This document shows, piece by piece, positions 19,407 through 29,145 of a DNA stretch of 64,000 nt; position 1 is the stretch's first letter, and the number at the start of each line of letters is the position of its first letter. The position numbers and the translations under genes are program-made. The notes beneath the pieces are model-generated. The model saw only the letters and a program-made list of their open reading frames with translations, was not told where the DNA came from and ran no database searches. Source of the stretch: an uncultured virus (IMG/VR IMGVR_UViG_3300043570_001981) (Duplodnaviria > Heunggongvirae > Uroviricota > Caudoviricetes). The stretch lies in IMG/VR virus record IMGVR_UViG_3300043570_001981. One strand, given 5' to 3'.

Positions 19407-19434
19407 AAAGGAGACTTTTTAGGTCTCTTTTTTT
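19407..19434 (+). terminator. Intrinsic terminator
   Basis: AAAGGAGACT-tttta-GGTCTCTTTTTTT after the lipoprotein gene. Confidence 0.7.
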
Positions 19435-19439
19435 ATTTT

Positions 19440-19465
19440 AAACAAATTCATAATTAAATATAAAA
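19440..19465 (+). promoter_or_regulatory. Putative middle-type promoter AAAC-N16/17-ATA(A/T)A
   Basis: The same bipartite motif precedes about nine replication/takeover genes. Confidence 0.45.
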
Positions 19466-19470
19466 ACTAT

Positions 19471-20190
19471 ATGAGAATAGAATGTGGAGACAATTTAGAA
19501 TTTATGAAATCAATTGAAGATAATTCACTTGATTTAATTTATTGTGACATACTATATGGTACCGGTAGAAAATTCTCAGACTACCAAGACCTTAAACCCA
19601 TCAAATCTGATATAGAAGAACATTATATTCCTCGTCTAAAAGAAATGTATCGTATATTAAAAGACACAGGTACAATTTATCTACAAATGGATACTAAAAT
19701 CAATCATTGGATCCGTTGTATTATGGATGATATTTTTGGATATGATAATATGAGAAATGAAATCATTTGGTTTTATAATACCGCACCTAGAAAGAAGTCA
19801 GATTTTGGAAAAAGACACGATATAATTTATCGTTACTCAAAAACAGATAATTATAAATTCAACCCAGTTAGAGAACCTTATTCTTTATCAGCGCCAAGAG
19901 GATATGAAAAAGAAAAGTATTACCATCCAGAAGGTAAAGTAATTGGAGATGTTTGGCAAATGAATATTCTTGGTCAAAATGATAAAAAAGAAAGAGTTGG
20001 ATATGATACTCAAAAGCCAAAATCTTTAATAGAAAGAATTGTAATATCATCTTCAGATGAAGGAGACTTAGTTGGTGATTTTTATTTAGGAAGTGGAACG
20101 ACAGCTGTGGTTTGTAAAGAGTTAAATAGAAATTTTATAGGATGTGATATAAATCCTAATGCAATTGAAATAACCAAGTCAAGGTTATAA
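19471..20190 (+). CDS. N4/N6 DNA methyltransferase, beta class, variant motif IV (DILY)
   Basis: GDNLEFMK...DLIYCDILYGTG; NEIIW; YDTQKPKSLIERIV..SS.EGDLVGDFYLGSGTT; R.FIGCDIN. Confidence 0.88.
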   Translation: MRIECGDNLEFMKSIEDNSLDLIYCDILYGTGRKFSDYQDLKPIKSDIEEHYIPRLKEMYRILKDTGTIYLQMDTKINHWIRCIMDDIFGYDNMRNEIIWFYNTAPRKKSDFGKRHDIIYRYSKTDNYKFNPVREPYSLSAPRGYEKEKYYHPEGKVIGDVWQMNILGQNDKKERVGYDTQKPKSLIERIVISSSDEGDLVGDFYLGSGTTAVVCKELNRNFIGCDINPNAIEITKSRL

Positions 20191-20220
20191 ATTAGACAAA
20201 GATAAATTAATATATATGTT

Positions 20221-21123
20221 ATGAATTTGTCTCAATTAAAAGATTACTATAATAAGAAGCCTGTTGAATATACTATCAGAGAAAACTATGAACTAGTAGA
20301 AGATAGAGAATATGTTCCAAGATTTACATTAAAAAATGTTAAAGACATTGCTAACATTCCTATCAATGAGCCTATTAAATATTCCGATGCGGTAATGATT
20401 AAAGCCATTAAATATGGTATGATGTTTCTTATTAACTACAAAGGTGAAGAAGACAAACACTTTGCGGGACATGAACGTGTTATTTATCCAATGGTGTTAG
20501 GTCGATCTACACAAGGTAAAGTACTTTTAAGAGGATGGCACTTAAATGGATGGTCAGTATCTAACAAAAGACACATTGATAAAATATGGAGATTATTTAG
20601 AGCAGATAGAATTCTTTCTATGACTTTCACAGGTTCATTTTATAGATTAGCACCAATTGGTTATAATATGAATGATAAAGGTATGAGAGGTGGTATTATT
20701 GCTAAAGCTGATTTTAATGAAATCAGAAGAAATCAACAAAAATTAGTAACACAAAATACTATTCAAAATAGAGAAGAAGTTACTTTAGGTGATGAAGAAA
20801 GAAAATCAGTTACAATTAGAACTAAAAATACCGATTCTGTTTTAGACTTAAATACACCACTTGAGAACGCTTATGTTAATAACATTAAAGATGTATCAAC
20901 TGCTAAGATATCGTTCTTAAAAAGTATCTATGGTAATAAATACATAGCTGTTTTAGGAGCACTTGGTCAACCAGGAAACACAGTTAAAGTTTTAGATGAA
21001 AAAGGAATTAATATAGGAGTTTATAAAGTTTTAGATTCCACAACTGGTCAAGTTCTAAAGAATATCAAAAAAGTCAAAGGTAATGCAATCTATGACTTAT
21101 ATCTTTTTGATAAAAAAGTTTAA
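20221..21123 (+). CDS. WYL-like domain protein
   Basis: INY.G......ERVIYPMVLG......LLRGW...WRLFRADRI matches the WYL signature. Confidence 0.65.
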   Translation: MNLSQLKDYYNKKPVEYTIRENYELVEDREYVPRFTLKNVKDIANIPINEPIKYSDAVMIKAIKYGMMFLINYKGEEDKHFAGHERVIYPMVLGRSTQGKVLLRGWHLNGWSVSNKRHIDKIWRLFRADRILSMTFTGSFYRLAPIGYNMNDKGMRGGIIAKADFNEIRRNQQKLVTQNTIQNREEVTLGDEERKSVTIRTKNTDSVLDLNTPLENAYVNNIKDVSTAKISFLKSIYGNKYIAVLGALGQPGNTVKVLDEKGINIGVYKVLDSTTGQVLKNIKKVKGNAIYDLYLFDKKV

Positions 21124-21139
21124 ATTATTTTCATAAAAG

Positions 21140-21171
21140 TTTGGTGAAATATAATTGTTTTATTATATTTG
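21140..21171 (+). promoter_or_regulatory. Bacteroidota-type primary sigma promoter (-33/-7), early
   Basis: TTTG (21140-21143), 20-nt spacer, TATATTTG (21164-21171). Confidence 0.8.
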
Positions 21172-21199
21172 TTTATAATTAAAAACAACCACTATCATT

Positions 21200-21631
21200 A
21201 TGAAACTAATAAAATTCACAACCAATTTAACAGATAAAGAAGTATTGGCGAAAGTTGAAGCACTTCCAATGATTGAAAAAGAATTCATTTATAAAATGAG
21301 TTTGGAAATTGATTATCTTGACTTTCAAGATAAACTTGGTAAAAGTGGAATGTTCGCAGTTGTTGATGATTGGTATATCAACAAAATCAATGAGTTCTAT
21401 ACTAAATTAAAAATCAACTATAAAATTGTAGATTTAACAAAAGAAGCTTTCATGGGTGATAAAATTGATGTTACTTACTTCAATGAATTAAATGAAAACA
21501 TTTCTAAAGAAGTTAAAGATTTAATTTACAAGTTCAAAGAAGACTTTACCGATGTTGATGTTATTTTAGATAAAATCTTAGAAAAAGGAATTGATAGTTT
21601 GACTGAATTTGATAAGTCATTCTTAGTATAA
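21200..21631 (+). CDS. Hypothetical protein with VDVILDKI..KG..SLT..DK.FL tail
   Basis: 143-aa monocistronic ORF between an early promoter and a terminator. Confidence 0.75.
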   Translation: MKLIKFTTNLTDKEVLAKVEALPMIEKEFIYKMSLEIDYLDFQDKLGKSGMFAVVDDWYINKINEFYTKLKINYKIVDLTKEAFMGDKIDVTYFNELNENISKEVKDLIYKFKEDFTDVDVILDKILEKGIDSLTEFDKSFLV

Positions 21632-21634
21632 AAT

Positions 21635-21663
21635 AAAAAACCCACTCAATGAGTGGGTTTTTT
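21635..21663. terminator. Bidirectional terminator, CCCACTCA family
   Basis: AAAAAACCCACTCAATGAGTGGGTTTTTT between convergent genes. Confidence 0.85.
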
Positions 21664-21679
21664 ATTTCAAATATTTTAA

Positions 21680-22117
21680 TTAGTGACCAGCTACACCAGA
21701 ACCAAATCCGTGAGTTGTAGAGCTGTAAGATTTACTTTGGAAAACTTCTAATTTACCTTCTTTATTAAGAACTAATCCCCAAGCAGTAGCTTCATTTAAT
21801 CTGATAGTTACACATATATCTTCAAATAATCTTTTAACTTCTTCAGCACTAGCTTCAGTACCTTCTGGAAAACTAAAGGTATTAAGATTACTAGCCTCAA
21901 GAGTTAAACCACTGTTACTATCATAAGCTTCTTTAAATTTGTTGAATAAACTAACAATTACAGATGTTGGTTTCTTCTCAGCATACTCAGCAATTGCTTT
22001 CTCAGCTCTTTGACGAGTGTCTTCATTGTATTTTCCAAAAAAACCACCTACAGCCCCGAACAAACCTTCTTCTTCGTTAACTGATTGAAATTTTTCAAAT
22101 GTTTTTACATATTTCAT
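21680..22117 (-). CDS. Putative internal head protein
   Basis: MKYVKTFEKFQSVNEEE leader followed by GLFGAVGGFFG. Confidence 0.7.
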   Translation of the reverse strand: MKYVKTFEKFQSVNEEEGLFGAVGGFFGKYNEDTRQRAEKAIAEYAEKKPTSVIVSLFNKFKEAYDSNSGLTLEASNLNTFSFPEGTEASAEEVKRLFEDICVTIRLNEATAWGLVLNKEGKLEVFQSKSYSSTTHGFGSGVAGH

Positions 22118-22228
22118 AAATATAAATTATTTTTTATTAATGTATATATTTATTATAAAAACTCATTTTTTTAAATTTCAATATTTTAGTTTAATATTTT
22201 AATATATAAATCAAACCTATATTAATTT

Positions 22229-23392
22229 ATGATTTTCAATTTTAACAAATTCATTAACGAAGAAATAAGTATCTCAAAGCTGGATGATGCCACATTAGAA
22301 GATACAAAGAATCAATTGATGTATAGACTTAGTGAATATAGAGTTTATATATTAGCAAATATACACTATAACTTATTGACTAATAAAATTGAATATAAAA
22401 ACTTTGATAGAATTGATATTAAAGTTATTATGAGAGAGTTAGTTAATGAATACACACAAGAATTTGTTAACGAACTAAACATCGAAGCTTTTCTTAGAAA
22501 AGTTAATCAAATTTTAGATTTAAGAAAAAGAAATACTAAGAGAAAAGTAAGAGAAACATTCGATGAATATTATCAATCAATAGAAGATAGGCTTAAACAA
22601 GTTAAAAACTCAGGTGCATCATCACCAGATGTTGAAGATTTTGAAATACCAGGAGGAGAAGGTTCAATTCTACCAAGAAAACAATACGAATCAGAAAAAT
22701 ATCAAATACAAGTTGAGTTATTAAAGTTACAAGAATGGGTTATTAAAAATAACAAAAAAGTAGCTATTGTATTTGAAGGAAGAGATTCAGCTGGTAAGGG
22801 ATCAACAATTAAAAGATTTATTGAATACTTAAATCCAAGAGGATTTAAAGTTGTTGCTTTAGGATTACCAACAGATGAAGAAAAGAAAAATTGGTTTGGA
22901 AGATATGAAAAACACTTACCTAAACCAGGTGAGATAGTTTTCTTTGATAGAAGCTGGTATAACAGAGCCGTAGTAGAACCAGCGATGGGATATTGTACAG
23001 AAGAACAATACAGTAATTTTATGAATAAGGTTATTCCTTGGGAGGAAAAACTTATGGATAATGGTGTTATACTTATTAAATTTTGGTTCTCTATTACACA
23101 AGAAAAACAAATCAAAAGATTTGAATTAAGACAACAAAGTCCACTTAAATATTGGAAATTTTCCCCAAATGATGCTAAGGTATTAGACAAATGGGAGATA
23201 ATAAGTAATTTCAAAAATCAAATGTTCAGTAGAACGTCTAGTAATAGATCACCTTGGGTTATCATTAACTCAAATGATAAAAAGATAGGCAGATTAAATG
23301 CAATGAGATATGTTATATCTCAAATAAACTATGATGATAAGAATCCAGAACATGGAAAATACTATACTGAAGTAGTTAATGTATTAAAATAA
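22229..23392 (+). CDS. ppk2: Polyphosphate kinase 2 with ~150-aa N-terminal extension
   Basis: LLKLQEWV......VAIVFEGRDSAGKGSTIKR, LNPRG..VVAL..PT..E, FDRSWYNRAVVEP.MG.C, PLKYWKFSP.D, PW.II.SNDKK..RLNAMR. Confidence 0.95.
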   Translation: MIFNFNKFINEEISISKLDDATLEDTKNQLMYRLSEYRVYILANIHYNLLTNKIEYKNFDRIDIKVIMRELVNEYTQEFVNELNIEAFLRKVNQILDLRKRNTKRKVRETFDEYYQSIEDRLKQVKNSGASSPDVEDFEIPGGEGSILPRKQYESEKYQIQVELLKLQEWVIKNNKKVAIVFEGRDSAGKGSTIKRFIEYLNPRGFKVVALGLPTDEEKKNWFGRYEKHLPKPGEIVFFDRSWYNRAVVEPAMGYCTEEQYSNFMNKVIPWEEKLMDNGVILIKFWFSITQEKQIKRFELRQQSPLKYWKFSPNDAKVLDKWEIISNFKNQMFSRTSSNRSPWVIINSNDKKIGRLNAMRYVISQINYDDKNPEHGKYYTEVVNVLK

Positions 23393-23418
23393 ATATATAA
23401 AAAAAATAAAAACAGAAT

Positions 23419-23895
23419 ATGAAACTAATAAAAAAATTTGAAAGTTATACATCTAGAGAAGAAATGTGTCAAGTTCTTTGTAAAAATGGTTATGAGATGA
23501 ATGAACTTGAGAAATGTTCAAACGAAGAGTTAGAAGAAATGTGTAGTGGGTTGGAAAACGAAATGTCTAACGAATCTAATTCATTAAAAGAACACGGAGA
23601 AACTAGTAACTATATGTTTTTCGGAAATCTTAAAACTATTAAAAGATTAGTAGACGAGATGTTAGAAATGGACGAAGCTAAAGTTGACGCAATGTTATTA
23701 GACGGTCACAATTGGGCAGTAGACCATATAGCTACATCTAAAGATGATGTTGAAGAAGTATTTAATTTCTTGGCAGGACATGACAATGATATCGATCACG
23801 GATTTGCAACAGATGCAGATGACATGATGAAATCAGACGATGAAAAATTGGATGGTCTAGAAGGTGGTATTAAAAGCTTTCAAGATTTTCAATAA
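23419..23895 (+). CDS. Acidic hypothetical protein, putative internal head protein
   Basis: Starts MKLIKKFESY; NYMFF.NL...GHNWAVDHIATSKDDVEEVFNFL; ends IKSFQDFQ. Confidence 0.75.
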   Translation: MKLIKKFESYTSREEMCQVLCKNGYEMNELEKCSNEELEEMCSGLENEMSNESNSLKEHGETSNYMFFGNLKTIKRLVDEMLEMDEAKVDAMLLDGHNWAVDHIATSKDDVEEVFNFLAGHDNDIDHGFATDADDMMKSDDEKLDGLEGGIKSFQDFQ

Positions 23896-23918
23896 AAAAT
23901 AATAAAAGGAGAATAATT

Positions 23919-24515
23919 ATGAGTTACACAAGAGAACAAATTGAAGCAGCAGTAAAAGCAAAAGGATACGCTTGGTTTGATGATGCTGCTAATAAAGGGT
24001 TTGATGTTAATATTGTGGGTATCAGAAACTCAGCTACTGGACAAGTAGTTACAAACGCATTCGATGATACTTTAACAATATCTTACAAAGAAAATGGTCA
24101 ATGGAAATTTCATTCTTGGCCAGCTACAACAGATCCAGGTAAAAAAGGTGTTTTAGAATATCACAACGCTGCTGGTGTTGCTAGATTAGTAGAAGGTCAA
24201 TATAGAGGATCTCACACTATTAGATTACACCAAGGTAAATACGAAGCTTTAGGACAAGCTAAAAACGTAAAAGTTTATAGAGATGCTAATAAAGATTTAA
24301 CTTACAATGAAGATAAAATTCAAGAAGGTATTTTTGGAATAAACATTCACAAAGCCGGAGCTGATTCAACTTATGTTGAGAACTGGTCTGAAGGATGTCA
24401 AGTATTCAAAAAGTCTGCTGACTTTGATGCTTTTATGGTTATCTGTAATAAATCAAAAAATATTCACGGGAATTCATTTACATATACATTGATTGAATCA
24501 ACTGATATTAAATAA
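23919..24515 (+). CDS. L,D-transpeptidase (YkuD)-like cell-wall enzyme
   Basis: GINIHKAG....VENWSEGCQVF gives the H-x(n)-S-x-G-C pattern; ATTDPG, EGQY, VYRD motifs. Confidence 0.6.
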   Translation: MSYTREQIEAAVKAKGYAWFDDAANKGFDVNIVGIRNSATGQVVTNAFDDTLTISYKENGQWKFHSWPATTDPGKKGVLEYHNAAGVARLVEGQYRGSHTIRLHQGKYEALGQAKNVKVYRDANKDLTYNEDKIQEGIFGINIHKAGADSTYVENWSEGCQVFKKSADFDAFMVICNKSKNIHGNSFTYTLIESTDIK

Positions 24516-24531
24516 TTTTTAGTATAATATT

Positions 24532-24561
24532 AAAACCTCTTATTTTATAAGAGGTTTTTTT
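24532..24561 (+). terminator. Intrinsic terminator
   Basis: AAAACCTCTTAT-ttt-ATAAGAGGTTTTTTT. Confidence 0.75.
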
Positions 24562-24602
24562 ATGCCTAGTAAACAAATAAGACTTTATTTCATAAAACTA
24601 TT

Positions 24603-25046
24603 ATGAAGGAAATTGATGAATTTTTACACTTCTTATTAGAACACGAATCAGATGAAAGAATCAGTTTCTCTAAAAAGATGAAATATGGATATAGATATTA
24701 CTATGTCAATTTTAATATAGATGAAAAACCTGAAAAAGATGAAAATAAAAATCAATCTTTTCCACAGTCTCTAAGAGGTTACAGAATCTCTGATTCGATT
24801 GAAATAATTGTTGATAATCGAAATGGATGTGTTGAACTAGTATATGAGAATGGAATGGAAAATCTTATCATAGAAGATAAATATCTATTAGATAAATGGA
24901 GTAACATCTTAGAAGAATATATAAACAAAGATATGTCTACAAAAGTAAAAGATGTTATAGAAGGAGCTTTAAGTTCTTGTTATAATAAGAACCTACACAG
25001 AACATATCAAATGAAAAAAATATTACCAGAAGATGAATCTTTATAA
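24603..25046 (+). CDS. Hypothetical protein
   Basis: 147-aa ORF with a middle-type motif at 24571-24597; overlaps the next gene. Confidence 0.7.
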   Translation: MKEIDEFLHFLLEHESDERISFSKKMKYGYRYYYVNFNIDEKPEKDENKNQSFPQSLRGYRISDSIEIIVDNRNGCVELVYENGMENLIIEDKYLLDKWSNILEEYINKDMSTKVKDVIEGALSSCYNKNLHRTYQMKKILPEDESL

Positions 25047-25527
25047 TCAAGAAGAAGTAGATAGAATAAATAAAGTTAAAGAAACTAATGATAAGTTAGA
25101 AGAGTTCTTTAATGGTAAAAGAGGTGAATGGAATAAAACGGTTGAACCTCTTTTCAAGGTTTTAACGGTTGATTTATCAAATCCATCAAACTCTAAAGAG
25201 ATTTTGAATGCTCAATCTTTAGCTTTAACTCATAGACAACAAATTAATGAACAAATTAATTTCTTCTTAAATAAGAGAAGTAAAGAAACCACTAAGATTA
25301 AGAAATTAAGACAAGATAAGTTTGTATTCTATGCTACTGGATTCGGTATTAAAACAAATTTAGGTGAAAAGGGGATTCTTATTGATGGTCACTTAGCTGA
25401 AAATGATAGGTGTATTGAATTGATTGAATCTTATATTGAATTTTTAAGAGATACTGTTAGAAACTTAGAATCATTAGGATTCTCAATTAAGAATATGATT
25501 GAGTTGATGAATTATTTAGGAAAATAA
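25033..25527 (+). CDS. uvsY: UvsY-like recombination mediator
   Basis: All-helical 164 aa; C-terminal EFLRDTVRNLESLGFSIKNMIEL resembles the T4-family UvsY tail (..RGF.IK..I). Confidence 0.6.
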   Translation: MNLYNQEEVDRINKVKETNDKLEEFFNGKRGEWNKTVEPLFKVLTVDLSNPSNSKEILNAQSLALTHRQQINEQINFFLNKRSKETTKIKKLRQDKFVFYATGFGIKTNLGEKGILIDGHLAENDRCIELIESYIEFLRDTVRNLESLGFSIKNMIELMNYLGK

Positions 25528-26769
25528 TTATTTCTTTTTCTTTTTCTTCTCCTCAAGTGGGTTATAAGTAACAGGCAATCCCAGTTTAATTACCTCTTCA
25601 AGTCCTCGACTACACTCATCACAGAACTCACCATCTTCGTGTTCACAGGTAACCTCACCTTCGCCTTTACAAGTAACACATTTACCAGAATCAGTATCCC
25701 CATCTCCATCACAATCATTACAAGTTGTCTTACCATTACTACCACAATCATTACAATTTATAATTTCACCTTCACAATTGCCACAATGTTCATAATCACC
25801 AGAAACAGAATGTAGTATAAAACAATTCTCAGATGGTAGATTAGAAAGAGATTTTTTATCAGTATCTAAGAAACACATTGTGTCTATAAAAGGAAAAACT
25901 TCAAAATCACCATCTAATTTAACGACAACTTCTCCAAAAACATCTTCACCTTTATAAACAAATTTATAAATATCTTCAATATAAGAATTCATTTTCTTTT
26001 TATATAAGAAATCTTTTTCTTCAGCAAATTGTTTGAATTTAATTTCATCAGAGTCACGATTAACATAAACTCTATCCATAAAATACTTAGCATCACAAGG
26101 AGAAGTATTTAACTTCCAAAGAAGAGCTCTTCCGTGTATTTTATCATTATTATCAACATAAATAAGTAATTGAACTTTTTTATCATTTTTATAATAAATT
26201 TTAAAAGTATCTTTCTCTTCATCAGACATACAAGAACCACCTAAACTACCATTTTTTGAATAGTATTTCTTTTCATTATAGTATTTAGCAATGTCTTTAC
26301 CATTTATCAATTTGAATTCCATCGATGTGTCTGATTTACTAGCTTTGAATTGATTTACAAACTCTTCTACATCTTTATCTTTAACACCTTCCATATTAAG
26401 CATTGGTACTAAAGTTTTTATAACTTTACCGATTTTAATTTCACCTCTTCCTTTCATACCATACGGTAAAGAAGCATCATCATCAGAATCCCAATCCTGT
26501 GGAATTTTATTATAAGCTAAAAATGAAACCATATCATCTTTATCTGTTGTGTCAAAATAGTTTTGCTTAGTTAAGGTATCAGGAATATTTTTTTCATCCT
26601 CAATTATATCAATCAAACATTGTGCTATTTCTCCGGTTTTTCCTTTAACTTTAGACAAAGACTTTAATTTAAAAATAAAATTAGTCGATCCATATAAGAC
26701 ATCTTCAAATAATGAAAATAACTCCATTATTAATTTTTTAGTCATAAAACCATTATACCTCTTTATCAT
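25528..26769 (-). CDS. SCM/GRALLW/MDRxY family protein with C-terminal DnaJ-type CxxCxGxG zinc fingers
   Basis: Start re-assigned to MIKRYNGF at 26769 (TAATATATA at 26775-26783). LGGSCM, GRALLWKL, YFMDRVY, FPFIDT; paralogue of 38550..40427. Confidence 0.75.
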   Translation of the reverse strand: MIKRYNGFMTKKLIMELFSLFEDVLYGSTNFIFKLKSLSKVKGKTGEIAQCLIDIIEDEKNIPDTLTKQNYFDTTDKDDMVSFLAYNKIPQDWDSDDDASLPYGMKGRGEIKIGKVIKTLVPMLNMEGVKDKDVEEFVNQFKASKSDTSMEFKLINGKDIAKYYNEKKYYSKNGSLGGSCMSDEEKDTFKIYYKNDKKVQLLIYVDNNDKIHGRALLWKLNTSPCDAKYFMDRVYVNRDSDEIKFKQFAEEKDFLYKKKMNSYIEDIYKFVYKGEDVFGEVVVKLDGDFEVFPFIDTMCFLDTDKKSLSNLPSENCFILHSVSGDYEHCGNCEGEIINCNDCGSNGKTTCNDCDGDGDTDSGKCVTCKGEGEVTCEHEDGEFCDECSRGLEEVIKLGLPVTYNPLEEKKKKKK

Positions 26770-26800
26770 ATAAGTATATATTAAAATATAAAATATAAAT

Positions 26801-27211
26801 ATGAATTTTTCTAAATTTTTATTAAAAGATGATTGGTATAGAGACACCGAACTATTAGGATTTAAAAGCAGGGAATTAATTTTTCCTAAAGGACACATAT
26901 TTGAATCTGATTCAAAGGGACTATATAACCTAATATGGGGTGGTTGGTCAGAAGAGATTACTAATATTGGTGGTAGAATGCAACTAACTGAAAAAATGAT
27001 GAGAGAGGCTCAAGATGGTACAAATTCAATGTTTGAGGAAATGCCTGTTGAAGTAAAAGAAGAAGTTATAATGACAGTTGAAGAATTATTAGAAGATGAA
27101 GATGTTGTTAAAAGTTGGAGAATTCAATTAGATGTTAAAACAACAAGAACAAAATTAAGAGAAGTTGAGAAAATAATTAACGATATGGTAAAACCCATTT
27201 TAGAAGCTTAA
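26801..27211 (+). CDS. Hypothetical protein
   Basis: 136-aa ORF divergent from the re-started upstream gene, co-oriented with the aminotransferase. Confidence 0.7.
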   Translation: MNFSKFLLKDDWYRDTELLGFKSRELIFPKGHIFESDSKGLYNLIWGGWSEEITNIGGRMQLTEKMMREAQDGTNSMFEEMPVEVKEEVIMTVEELLEDEDVVKSWRIQLDVKTTRTKLREVEKIINDMVKPILEA

Positions 27212-27225
27212 AAAAATAAACATAT

Positions 27226-28326
27226 ATGAACGTAAACACATCTCCTGTAACATATTCATCAATCGTTGAGATTGGAGAATTAGCGGCAAAACTAGAAAAA
27301 GAAACTGGTGACAAATATCTTAAACTTCATCGAGGAGTTATGGATGTCACAACAATTGATTTGAATTCATTTTCTCAAAAAATCGACTTCAATCAAAAGA
27401 AAATCCAACAATATGGTGGTAATGATGGAGACGCTAGTCTTATTGAAACTATAAAAGATAAATTTCATCTTAATGACCATTATGTAATGACTGTTCCTGG
27501 TGGAATGGCTACATTAGATGTTGTTATTAACTCACTATCAGATAAAACATTTTGGGTTCCTAAGTATCATTGGGGTTCTTGGAATAAGATTCTTACTATT
27601 CATGGAAAAGACATTAAAGCATTTAATGATTTTGATATTAGAAATGTCGAAGTTGGCGAAGGTGTTGTAATGTTATGTTATCCTTCAAATCCTACAGGTT
27701 ATGCTCCTAAGTTTGAAGACTTAAAAGCATTTGCAGATGTTTGTAAGGAAAAAGGTCAAACACTTATCTTGGACTTACCTTACTATTATTTATTCAATGA
27801 AATGTCTGATAGAATCTATGAACTTTATTCTGATAACGTTATTATTATTTCTTCATTTTCTAAATCGGTTGGTTTATCGGGATTAAGAGTTGGATATATC
27901 GCTACTAAGAGTAAAGAACTATATGATACGATGAAGATTCGTTCTTTGTATAAGTATAACTCTATCTCAACAGTTCCTCAAGAAATTATCAATCAGTTAC
28001 TTACTTCTAACCAAGGTCAAACAGCATTTGATAATTACAGAAGAAAAACAAAAGAACACGTTACAAAGAATATTCAATATCTATCAGAGAATGGTTTATT
28101 ATTTGATGAATACACAGATATTCCAACTGGACCATTTGCCATCATTAATAAAACCTTTGATGAATTACTTTCATTTAAAATTTCAAGTGTACCTTTGAAT
28201 AAATTTACGTTTAAAAACACCGAAGAACATTTGAAAAATGTATCAAGAATTTCTGTATCAGTAGACCACGATTTGTTTGTAGAGTATTTTGATAGAGTTT
28301 TACAAAGTTCAAAAGAATTAGCATAA
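27226..28326 (+). CDS. PLP-dependent aminotransferase, class I/II
   Basis: CYPSNPTG, LILDLPY, SSFSKSVGLSGLRVGY (Schiff-base Lys), RIS. Confidence 0.9.
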   Translation: MNVNTSPVTYSSIVEIGELAAKLEKETGDKYLKLHRGVMDVTTIDLNSFSQKIDFNQKKIQQYGGNDGDASLIETIKDKFHLNDHYVMTVPGGMATLDVVINSLSDKTFWVPKYHWGSWNKILTIHGKDIKAFNDFDIRNVEVGEGVVMLCYPSNPTGYAPKFEDLKAFADVCKEKGQTLILDLPYYYLFNEMSDRIYELYSDNVIIISSFSKSVGLSGLRVGYIATKSKELYDTMKIRSLYKYNSISTVPQEIINQLLTSNQGQTAFDNYRRKTKEHVTKNIQYLSENGLLFDEYTDIPTGPFAIINKTFDELLSFKISSVPLNKFTFKNTEEHLKNVSRISVSVDHDLFVEYFDRVLQSSKELA

Positions 28327-28357
28327 AAAAACCCTCTGAGAAATCAGAGGGTTTTTT
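28325..28357. terminator. Bidirectional terminator
   Basis: AAAAAACCCTCTGA-GAAA-TCAGAGGGTTTTTT with a GNRA loop. Confidence 0.85.
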
Positions 28358-28358
28358 A

Positions 28359-29144
28359 TTACATCAATCCACGATTGATTCTAAAGTCTTTTTTATCATC
28401 TTCTTCTTGTTCTATGAAATCAGTATTCTTCAACTGTTCAACTAAATTAAAAATTTGTTTACAAACTTCAGTTGATACTTCCATATACTTATCATTCATT
28501 TTCATTTCACCACTATATCTACCACCACCAGGTCCCATACGGAAACCATACTTCACATGAAATTTAAATCCATCTACTATAAATGAATACCCACGAACCT
28601 CTGATATCAATAATTTAGCGATACCTTCAGAGTTACCTTTTAATGATTTTAATGATTTAAGAATTTCTAAAGCAATGTCTTCGTCTTTCCAAAAAGGATT
28701 AAACTTACGAACCGGTTTTGGAATTAAAAATGTTTCATCTAAATCTTCTAATCCAATAGCATAATTTAATTCATCAAGAATAACATCTGTAGGAATCTCA
28801 TCATCATCTTCATTATAAAATTTTCCCTCAGTTCCATATTGAGAATAACTAACTAATGGAGTTCCTTCTTCAACTATTTTGTTATAGAATGAGATAATGT
28901 CGTTTGGATCAACTTCTTCACCAAGTTCCATTATCACACCACTATATTCTGTTGGTATATAGATTTTATTTTTTTTATTTCCCAAAGAAGAAATTATTTG
29001 TTTAACTTTATCTAAACTAAAGTCTAATTCAATAGCAATTTGTTCAGCTGGTAAACCTTCTTCTAATAATTCTTTTACGTCTTCCATATCAGAATGTGTA
29101 AAGTCTTCAAATGTATAGGATTCAAACGTTTTTAAATATTTCAT
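28359..29144 (-). CDS. Hypothetical protein with HTH-like segment, putative internal head protein
   Basis: Start re-assigned to MKYLKTFESY at 29144, just after the stop of the upstream gene; LLEEGLPAEQIAIELDFSLDKV is HTH-like. Confidence 0.7.
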   Translation of the reverse strand: MKYLKTFESYTFEDFTHSDMEDVKELLEEGLPAEQIAIELDFSLDKVKQIISSLGNKKNKIYIPTEYSGVIMELGEEVDPNDIISFYNKIVEEGTPLVSYSQYGTEGKFYNEDDDEIPTDVILDELNYAIGLEDLDETFLIPKPVRKFNPFWKDEDIALEILKSLKSLKGNSEGIAKLLISEVRGYSFIVDGFKFHVKYGFRMGPGGGRYSGEMKMNDKYMEVSTEVCKQIFNLVEQLKNTDFIEQEEDDKKDFRINRGLM

Positions 29145-29145
29145 A

